DNA from: a virus
Lineage: Duplodnaviria > Caudoviricetes
Strand: one strand, 5' to 3'
Virus record (IMG/VR): IMGVR_UViG_3300014208_001442
Location: 1 to 37,699 of that record
DNA length: 37,699 nt
This document shows positions 28,705 to 34,848 of the stretch, one piece after another. Both the position numbers and the translations under genes were made by a program. The first letter of the stretch is position 1. Each line of letters starts with the position of its first letter. Under the pieces are notes generated by a model that saw only the letters and a list, made by a program, of their open reading frames with translations, was not told the origin of the DNA and did not search any database.

Positions 28705-29049
28705 TCACGACAGCAGGGCCTTCGCGTCGTCGAGCGAACGGACGATCACGTAGCGTCCTCCCAATTCCTCGACCGCGCTCTGGAACCGCCTTTGCGCTGG
28801 AGACTGCCTGCCGGTCTTCGGCTTCTTCACCTCCATGAACAGCGTCTCGCAGAAGCCGCCGTCCCGCGCCGTGCGCCACACGAGAAAGTCCGGCGAGCCC
28901 TTCTTTCCGAACCGCAGCAGGCGCATCCTGCGGCCCCTGTCGGGAATCAGGACCGCCCCGCTGTTGTTCTTCTGGTACACGAGTTCGCCGCGCGCCTCCT
29001 TGCGCCGCAGGAACCGCTCGATGGCCGTCTGTATGCGCGATTCGAGCAT
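28705..29049 (-). CDS. VRR-NUC domain nuclease (Holliday junction resolvase-like)
   Basis: MLESRIQ...KGSPDFLV...FMEVKKP.TGRQSPAQ..FQ...GGRYVIVRSLDD; start refined to ATG 29049. Confidence 0.88.
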   Translation of the reverse strand: MLESRIQTAIERFLRRKEARGELVYQKNNSGAVLIPDRGRRMRLLRFGKKGSPDFLVWRTARDGGFCETLFMEVKKPKTGRQSPAQRRFQSAVEELGGRYVIVRSLDDAKALLS

Positions 29050-29138
29050 AATGTTTTGGAGCGCCCCTCGCGCCACCTGGTACCCGGCGCGAGGGAGCCT
29101 GTCACAGCCGAACTGTCACGTTCCGCGCTCCCGTCTCA

Positions 29139-29299
29139 ACACATCGGAAGGATTCGAACCTTCGGGACCCTGGGCCGGTGTAGTATCCCGGTGACGGCCC
29201 ACGAACCTGCTGGGACCTCTTGAACGCATCGCTCCTACCGGCTGCACGATACGTCCGGGTTAATAGCCAGCATGCCTTAGTCCTCTCGGCCACGATGCG
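29139..29299 (-). tRNA. Expanded tRNA-like element (161 nt) with 53-nt anticodon loop/insertion and long variable arm; identity uncertain
   Basis: Acceptor CGCATCG/CGATGTG, TG, D-arm GCC-GAGAGGACTAA-GGC, stem TGCTGG/CCAGCA, variable stem TGGGCCG/CGGCCCA, T-arm GAAGG-TTCGAAT-CCTTC; no encoded CCA. Confidence 0.7.
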
Positions 29300-29306
29300 T
29301 TGAAGC

Positions 29307-29519
29307 GGGAATCCACGGGTTGGGGTCTCCGCGAGGGAGCTGTCCCGTGTTCCCCGGCGCGAGGTGCAAGCGTGACCGCGTACTCGGCCGTTCGCTCACA
29401 TCACGCGCCGGAGAGCCCTCGGAGTGAGAGCTTCCGTTGACGGGCGCGGGTCGTGGACGGCGAGCCTGGCCGAGGGTCGAATCCCGCCAGTTCATCAACC
29501 GTCCGCGATCCGCGCCCGT
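29307..29519. ncRNA. Candidate structured RNA: four consecutive hairpins upstream of the tRNA-like element
   Basis: GGGAA..CACGGG/CCCGTG..TTCCC; CCGGCGCG/CGCGCCGG; GGA.AGC/GCTTCC; 21-bp stem 29440-29460/29499-29519. Confidence 0.55.
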
Positions 29520-29525
29520 GCGCGA

Positions 29526-29723
29526 CTATTTCTTCCCGCCCACCGGAAGGTGGAACCGGGCGCTGAATCTTCCCGTGGTGTATTGGTCGCCGCCCTTGCG
29601 GATCCCGTCTCCGACGCGGCGCAGCCAGTTTGCGACCTGGCTTCGGACCGCCGGGCTCATGCCCGCCACGTTCTGGATCAGGATTCCGCCGATGACCTTC
29701 CCAAGCGGTTTCTTGGCGGCCAT
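29526..29723 (-). CDS. Small basic hypothetical protein
   Basis: taatATG start 1 nt after the csp stop; Arg/Lys-rich 65 aa. Confidence 0.6.
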   Translation of the reverse strand: MAAKKPLGKVIGGILIQNVAGMSPAVRSQVANWLRRVGDGIRKGGDQYTTGRFSARFHLPVGGKK

Positions 29724-29724
29724 A

Positions 29725-29928
29725 TTACGAGACGAGCGTTACCTCGATAGCGCGCGGGCCCTTCTCGGAGTCCACGGCCTCGTATTCCACGCGGTCGCCA
29801 ACCTGCAGCTCGTTGTAGGTGATCCCTCCGGCGAGGCCGCTTGAGTGGAAGAAGATGTCCTTCGCGTCCTCGTCCTGCTTGATGAAGCCGAATCCCTTTT
29901 CCGTCAGCGTCTTGATGGTACCGAGCAT
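29725..29928 (-). CDS. csp: Cold-shock domain protein (CspA family RNA chaperone)
   Basis: RNP1 KGFGFI, RNP2 DIFFHSS, LQVGDRVEYE...KGPRAIEV; start refined to ATG 29928. Confidence 0.95.
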   Translation of the reverse strand: MLGTIKTLTEKGFGFIKQDEDAKDIFFHSSGLAGGITYNELQVGDRVEYEAVDSEKGPRAIEVTLVS

Positions 29929-29961
29929 ACGCACTGCGATTATTGGTCGGGTAAATCCCCG

Positions 29962-30002
29962 TTACTCCACTCCCTTCACCGAATCCTGAACGCTGTCAAG
30001 GG
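29962..30002 (-). promoter_or_regulatory. Putative promoter, copy 2 of repeated motif
   Basis: CCCTTGACA-N10-TTCGGTGAAGGG-N5-AGTAA upstream of csp. Confidence 0.6.
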
Positions 30003-30061
30003 TTGGGCTGTGCATTACTGTCACGGAATGCGCTCAATTCCCAACCTTTCCACACAACAAA

Positions 30062-30388
30062 TCATTCCACTCCATCGGCTTCTTTACGCCAGAGCAAAAC
30101 TTGCTCGGCGGCAAGATCCATTAGCTTCGCGGCCCTCTCGTACATCTCGTTGCTATTCACGTGCATCGACGGAAACGCCTTCTTGTTGGCCCTCAGTCCC
30201 TCCGCGCCCCACGCGAGAGCCGCCGCGTAAACGGATTTGATAAACCTCCGTACATCGTTTGGCGAAGCCGCGAACCCCTCGTCCCACTCCTGCGGATAGT
30301 TCCCTCCGGGCCCCGAGTCGCCTTTCGCAAACCATGTGTATTCCTTGTCGAACTCCTCGATAATATCCTCGAGTGATTTGGCCGTCAT
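30062..30388 (-). CDS. Hypothetical protein
   Basis: Start refined to MTAKSLEDII (tgatATG), coupled to upstream stop. Confidence 0.55.
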   Translation of the reverse strand: MTAKSLEDIIEEFDKEYTWFAKGDSGPGGNYPQEWDEGFAASPNDVRRFIKSVYAAALAWGAEGLRANKKAFPSMHVNSNEMYERAAKLMDLAAEQVLLWRKEADGVE

Positions 30389-30389
30389 A

Positions 30390-30866
30390 TCAGCTGTTGC
30401 TCCGGGCAAAAACCCAGACGCAATCGTGACCAAACCTCGCCTCTGGATTCACGGCGGCAGTGCCGAGCGAGAATCGATCCTCGTACCGCTCCACCGCGAA
30501 TACCTTCGTGTTGCCCCCGGCGTCGGGAACCGGGTCCATGGCAAGGACGCGCCAGTCGCCCTTCTTCTGCTCGGCGAATTGCAGCCGCAGGGCCGGCCCG
30601 ACTTCCGCCGGGCAGAGGCCGAGCCCGAACTCCTCGGCGCGTTCCGTGATTTCCACGAACGTAGCAAAATCCTTGAACCCAAGATTCTTGACGGACGCGC
30701 AGACCAGTTCGACTTCGGTCCCCTTCTGCGCGCACGCGATCTTCGGGAGGATCTGCGCGGCCCACATCCCTATGTCCATCCCGGCCGCATCGATTGAATT
30801 CGCGTAGGCTTCGGGGGATTCGTTCAGGCCGAGAGCCACAGTCTTCCATGTCGAGAAAGTTTTCAT
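30390..30866 (-). CDS. Hypothetical protein of the LCPAEVGP.LRLQ family
   Basis: VKNLGF...AEEFGLGLCPAEVGPALRLQ...AMDPV.D.GG...VF.V...WVFAR, a motif set I associate with Parcubacteria proteins (not verified). Confidence 0.7.
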   Translation of the reverse strand: MKTFSTWKTVALGLNESPEAYANSIDAAGMDIGMWAAQILPKIACAQKGTEVELVCASVKNLGFKDFATFVEITERAEEFGLGLCPAEVGPALRLQFAEQKKGDWRVLAMDPVPDAGGNTKVFAVERYEDRFSLGTAAVNPEARFGHDCVWVFARSNS

Positions 30867-31195
30867 ACAAGCTTGTTCTCAATGAGATAGATCAGCATCT
30901 TGGCTCTGGAATTGGCCTCGTCACGCATGTAAATGGCATCATTCATCCTATCCCGTATTTCCGGCAACCAAATTTCTTTTCTAAGATGGGGCCGAAGCAT
31001 CTCCCCCAACTCCGCGGCGGTGAAGGCGGCACATCGAGCTGGGTTGCCGTTCTCGCGGAATTTCTTTACCGTCCAACGCATCTTGTTCACGTCGGCCATG
31101 ATCCCCTCCCACATGAAATAGCTTTCCTGCGTAACGCCAAGTTTTTTCAAATGTTCTGACAACTCCATCGACGTGACCTGTTGCTCGATGGTCAT
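30863..31195 (-). CDS. Phage hypothetical protein
   Basis: QVTSMELSEHLKKLGVTQES.F.W...AFTAAELGEMLR...EANSRAKMLIYLIENKL, a recurrent phage family pattern; ATGA coupling. Confidence 0.75.
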   Translation of the reverse strand: MTIEQQVTSMELSEHLKKLGVTQESYFMWEGIMADVNKMRWTVKKFRENGNPARCAAFTAAELGEMLRPHLRKEIWLPEIRDRMNDAIYMRDEANSRAKMLIYLIENKLV

Positions 31196-31196
31196 A

Positions 31197-31367
31197 TCAA
31201 TCTTTTATAAGATCGAGCTCCGACCAACGATCGGACGATACCTTCTCGCCGAAGAAATATACCTCCGTCACCTGTTCCCAATGTCCGTTCGTCCTGTACG
31301 TCCGGAATTCAAGCGCCCTCGTCTCGTAAAGCCATTTCAGTACCAGCCGCTGAAGAAAATATTTCAT
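31197..31367 (-). CDS. Small hypothetical protein
   Basis: MKYFLQRLVLKWLY..., ATGA overlap with upstream stop. Confidence 0.5.
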   Translation of the reverse strand: MKYFLQRLVLKWLYETRALEFRTYRTNGHWEQVTEVYFFGEKVSSDRWSELDLIKD

Positions 31368-31786
31368 ACACCGATTGATTTTAGATAATCCATCACCGCT
31401 TCCATTTCCGGATTTCGCCAAACGCTAATGGCGAATGATCGCGGATTGCTGTAATGGTAACTGTTCGCGGCAATGTGCGCGTCGCAGGCGGCGGCTGTGA
31501 AGAAAACACCGGCGCGTAGATCAAACTCTTTTTCTATATTGAAATGATGAAATGCGTTCCAGTGACAATCTTCGCAATCTTCCGGCAATTCCTTTTCCTC
31601 ACCGTGCAAAACCAGACAGGCTTCGCACAAATTCAATTCGTCTGGCTCCTCTTTCCTTTCCTTGAATTCAGCATCTTGCTCTTCCGTGTATCGTTTTACG
31701 TCCACTTGTACAACGAACAGGGGACGTGACGTTGCTCGGTTGTCTTGGGTGATCATTTCCTTTCCGGTCTCTTGAAGAGTTGGCAT
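31364..31786 (-). CDS. Ead/Ea22-associated-like phage protein
   Basis: Start refined to MPTLQE; TQDNRATSRPLFVVQ...FFTAAACDAHIAANSYH...RNPEM resembles lambdoid Ead/Ea22 C-terminal domains. Confidence 0.65.
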   Translation of the reverse strand: MPTLQETGKEMITQDNRATSRPLFVVQVDVKRYTEEQDAEFKERKEEPDELNLCEACLVLHGEEKELPEDCEDCHWNAFHHFNIEKEFDLRAGVFFTAAACDAHIAANSYHYSNPRSFAISVWRNPEMEAVMDYLKSIGV

Positions 31787-31787
31787 A

Positions 31788-32216
31788 TTAAAATTTTTTA
31801 ACTCGTTCCAAAACATCCGAGCTCGTGTGTCCATCGAACTCAGGCCCGCGCTCCATCGTTTCCGCAAAATCAGTCTCGTCCCAGCGGGAAAGTGGAATGT
31901 GATACGTGATCTGCTCACCCGCCTTCTTGTTGAAACCAAGTACGAACCATCCCTCAAAGCTTGTCCCGTCCGAATGCAGCTTGGAACGCCAGACGTGGCA
32001 GTACGATTCGCCGTCGTCCGTCTCGACCATGAGACTGATCTTGCACAGTGCAATCCACAGAGTGAAGCGGTGGTCGTACAGCTCGTCCATCGTGTGGTAG
32101 CCATCAGAGACCTGCATGGAGTCGGTGCCGTCGAGCACGGCATTGAGAGACAGATTGAAACAATTCTCCGATTTTTTCATGCTCCGCGCGCCCGTGACAA
32201 TATAACGCTTCGTCAT
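31788..32216 (-). CDS. WDGH-type phage protein
   Basis: SDGYHTMDELYDHR...WRSKLHSDG...GWFVLG...QITYH...FDGHTSSDVLER; start refined to 32216. Confidence 0.75.
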   Translation of the reverse strand: MTKRYIVTGARSMKKSENCFNLSLNAVLDGTDSMQVSDGYHTMDELYDHRFTLWIALCKISLMVETDDGESYCHVWRSKLHSDGTSFEGWFVLGFNKKAGEQITYHIPLSRWDETDFAETMERGPEFDGHTSSDVLERVKKF

Positions 32217-32407
32217 ACGCAGATGGCAACGAGCCAAATTATCGAAATGATTGAACACGCAAACGTGGTCACGATCAACGCGGGAACCCATATTGCGCGC
32301 CGGTTCGTTTCCCAGCAGAGACGAATCTCCGGCCATGTATTGGCCAGGAACCCGACCAGAAGCCCGGCGTTGAGGCAGACCGCCGCGATTGAAATGATCA
32401 GGAGCAT
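32213..32407 (-). CDS. Small two-TM membrane protein
   Basis: MLLIISIAAVCLNAGLLVGFL...IWVPALIVTTFACSIISIIWLVAICV; cctATG start. Confidence 0.55.
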   Translation of the reverse strand: MLLIISIAAVCLNAGLLVGFLANTWPEIRLCWETNRRAIWVPALIVTTFACSIISIIWLVAICV

Positions 32408-32411
32408 AGGA

Positions 32412-32585
32412 TTATTTTTTAACGGTATAAATCGGCCGCCCAACGTCGCTGAGAAAAATCTGGCGCATCCGTTCGCTTAGCCACTGGTCCGACTTTTCCT
32501 GCAGGATCTGCGCTTGAAGCCCGGGGGAAATGTCATCCCACGTCCACCCGCCGAGCAGATGAATGATTCGTGTTCTTAGTCCCAT
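32412..32585 (-). CDS. Small hypothetical protein
   Basis: MGLRTRIIHLLGGWTWDD...; TATG start; fits operon packing. Confidence 0.5.
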   Translation of the reverse strand: MGLRTRIIHLLGGWTWDDISPGLQAQILQEKSDQWLSERMRQIFLSDVGRPIYTVKK

Positions 32586-32706
32586 AGAAATTTTTATGTT
32601 TCCGAACGACCGTGAACGCGACCGCCCGCGTACTCCGGGCACGACCGAGAATGCGTCCCGTGCGAGACGTAGACCAGCAGCAGCCAGAGACAGCAGCGGC
32701 AGCCGG

Positions 32707-33036
32707 TCATACCGCCGCAAGAGCTATTTTCACGCCAGGCTCTGGCTTGCCGTCCCTGAATAGGACACGCCGGCAAACAGGGCAGTTCTCGAAATAAGTC
32801 CGGTGAAGGTTCGGATCCGTCCAGAGCTTGCCGACATTCAGCGGATGGCCCATCTCCACAGAGCTCGCGCCGTCCGCCACTCCGCGGTAACCCGTCCACC
32901 TGCAGAATTCATCTGTGCACGCGACCCGCGCGTACCTTTGCCGCTGGATGTGTTCCCGCAGGAATTCGTTCTCGATCCGTTCGCCTCTCGCCTCCTCAAA
33001 CCTCGGAATCGGCGTCGCCGACGGTCTGCCCGTCAT
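32707..33036 (-). CDS. Zn-ribbon-like hypothetical protein
   Basis: CTDEFC...CPVC; TATG start. Confidence 0.55.
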   Translation of the reverse strand: MTGRPSATPIPRFEEARGERIENEFLREHIQRQRYARVACTDEFCRWTGYRGVADGASSVEMGHPLNVGKLWTDPNLHRTYFENCPVCRRVLFRDGKPEPGVKIALAAV

Positions 33037-33046
33037 ACTGGTATTG

Positions 33047-33256
33047 TTACGCGTCCGGGGACGTGCCGGTCGCTTGTGTTAGCGTTCCATCCGTCGTGCC
33101 GAACAGTCTCAGCTGATTCTCGTTTCCCGCCGTCTTCCGGCACTGGCGGCATCGCTGCTTCTTCGCACGGCTCCTGCGGTAGCTGTGCGCCTTGCGGGAG
33201 CAGTCCTGGCAGGTGAAGACGTACGTCCGCCGTTCCCTGTAGAGTCGTTCTGTCAT
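33047..33256 (-). CDS. Small basic Zn-finger protein
   Basis: Start refined to MTERLYRE; CQDC...CRQC; ATGA coupling. Confidence 0.65.
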   Translation of the reverse strand: MTERLYRERRTYVFTCQDCSRKAHSYRRSRAKKQRCRQCRKTAGNENQLRLFGTTDGTLTQATGTSPDA

Positions 33257-33567
33257 ATTGGTCCGTAAATCGATTCGAGATATTTTTTCTGCTGCCGGAA
33301 ATCCTCCCTCGGGAACTCGGACAGGTCGGACTCGCTGGCGCGCTGGAGCGCGAGGTGCCGGTTGACCTCCTTCGCGAGCCCCGCGCCGAGGTGGTGGAAC
33401 CAGCAGAGCGGCACGATGGCCCACGCCCGCTGTACCTGCCTGCCGGCGTAGTAAATCGCGTGTTCCCACGTGATCCGTCCGGAGCAGTCCGGCCCGTGGC
33501 GCGCGCACCGTCGCATCCTCGGCTGCAAGGCGAGCGCCGCGCGCAGTGCCTTTGGCATCTTGTTCAT
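33253..33567 (-). CDS. HNH-like (beta-beta-alpha-Me, Ref/NinG-like) small nuclease
   Basis: RCARHGPDCSGRITWEHA...IVPLCWFHH pattern. Confidence 0.65.
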   Translation of the reverse strand: MNKMPKALRAALALQPRMRRCARHGPDCSGRITWEHAIYYAGRQVQRAWAIVPLCWFHHLGAGLAKEVNRHLALQRASESDLSEFPREDFRQQKKYLESIYGPI

Positions 33568-33588
33568 ATTCGAAATGTTCAGTTCGCA

Positions 33589-33711
33589 GCCGCCTCGGGG
33601 GGATGGGCGGACGCCGCTGCCGTGGTGACGCGCCCGTTGGTTCCGTCGCGCCCGTAAGCCCTGCGGGTGCCACCGAACGGCCTAGCGCGCCGCCCACCTT
33701 CCCGAGACGGC
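33589..33711. ncRNA. Intergenic branched stem-loop (candidate RNA element)
   Basis: 22-bp closing stem 33589-33610/33690-33711 with internal stems CCGT-GGTG/CACC-ACGG and CCCGTA/TGCGGG. Confidence 0.45.
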
Positions 33712-33715
33712 CGCG

Positions 33716-34612
33716 CTAGCTGCTGATCCCCTGGTCCGACTTCGCCTTCTTCACCGCGTCGTGGCCGTACAAATTCCCGTATGAGAACGCTTCGTACGAG
33801 TAGCCGCCCCAGTCCTTCCACCCGTCGTGGCTCTTCACGCGGATCTTGCCCTGCTCGTCGATGAAGCACTGCTCGCCGGAGCACAGGAGCTTCGGCTTCT
33901 CCGCGCGCGCCGGCTGCGCGTGGGCGAAGTCGCGGCTGCGTCCGATCCAGTAGTCGAGCCGCCGGCCCACCTCGAAGGTCTTTTCCATCTGCCAGCGCTG
34001 CCTGGTTCCGGCCTTGTTCGGCTCCGTCCAATAGGCGACGAACCGTTCCATCTCGCCGCGCACCGCCGCCTCGGGCGATCCGGATTCCACGAGCCGCCGG
34101 ATCGCCGGTTCCCGCGAGGAAGGCTTTTCAAAGAAGTCGGATGCCGTATCTTTCGGAGTGAGAGTTTGCGGCAAGCTATCTAACTTCTTTTCATTCTCTA
34201 CATTCTTTACATTCTTGTTTGTGTTCGTTTGTTGTGCATCTGTTGTTCGTTTGTTGTTCGGGTGTTGTGCATTTTGTTGTTCATCCGTCTGATACTGCTT
34301 CCAGTTTTTGACCGTGATTAGCCTAAATTTGTTATTTTTCTGTTGTGCAATTTGTTGTGCATCCTCCAGTACATTTAGCCAACGTTCTACTTTCATTTCG
34401 GAAACATTCGTTTTCTCCGAAAATGACTTCCTTCCGGTGGCGAACTGGCCCTCCGAACAGGTGACGGATTGGTTGCCAAAGTAGAACGTCTTGCCCCTGT
34501 GGTTGGCCATCAGAAGGATCGTCGTCCAGAACCCCAACCGTTCCGCGTTCCCCTCGCAGAACGGGTTTTCCAGAACCTTCCGATACAGTTTCACCCACCC
34601 CTCGGTCTTCAT
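33716..34612 (-). CDS. Phage replication initiator (replisome-organiser-like N-terminal wHTH)
   Basis: EGWVKLYRK...LLMANH...GQFATGRKS...ITVKNWKQYQ followed by Q/N/T-rich linker; start refined to ATG 34612. Confidence 0.85.
   Translation of the reverse strand: MKTEGWVKLYRKVLENPFCEGNAERLGFWTTILLMANHRGKTFYFGNQSVTCSEGQFATGRKSFSEKTNVSEMKVERWLNVLEDAQQIAQQKNNKFRLITVKNWKQYQTDEQQNAQHPNNKRTTDAQQTNTNKNVKNVENEKKLDSLPQTLTPKDTASDFFEKPSSREPAIRRLVESGSPEAAVRGEMERFVAYWTEPNKAGTRQRWQMEKTFEVGRRLDYWIGRSRDFAHAQPARAEKPKLLCSGEQCFIDEQGKIRVKSHDGWKDWGGYSYEAFSYGNLYGHDAVKKAKSDQGISS
34190..34363. repeat. Iterons and AT-rich tract; putative replication origin
   Basis: TGTTGT(G/T)C at 34230, 34241, 34252, 34263, 34275, 34341, 34353 (11-12 bp spacing) plus CATTCT 9-bp repeats, inside the initiator gene as in lambda O. 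Confidence 0.75.
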
Positions 34613-34622
34613 ATGCGCTGGG

Positions 34623-34835
34623 CTATCCCATATATTTTTCAATGAGTTCCAACTCACGCTCCACCTGGTTTTGGGACACACGGCGCACCCACTTCAACGC
34701 GCGGATCTGTCCCTCCTTGATCGACTTGTGAACGAGTTTCTTCACCTTCGCCCTGTCTCCTGCCAGCGCGGCCTCGATTACCTTTTCGGCCGTCAGGTGC
34801 GCCTGGATCCTCCCCGCCTCCTCGATATTTTCCAT
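34623..34835 (-). CDS. Small helical hypothetical protein
   Basis: ccttATG start, packed between FtsK fusion and initiator. Confidence 0.6.
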   Translation of the reverse strand: MENIEEAGRIQAHLTAEKVIEAALAGDRAKVKKLVHKSIKEGQIRALKWVRRVSQNQVERELELIEKYMG

Positions 34836-34848
34836 AAGGTTCGTGCGA

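Noticed and set aside
29139-29299. Interpretation as suppressor, Sec or Pyl tRNA, or as tmRNA
   Set aside because: CTA, TTA and TCA triplets occur in the insert but none sits in a proper 7-nt anticodon loop; a full D-stem and small size argue against tmRNA; no sign of stop-codon recoding in the genes
29102-29498. Short ORFs 29102-29293 and 29277-29498
   Set aside because: No ATG in the phage's TATG context, no protein features; the region is better explained by RNA structure
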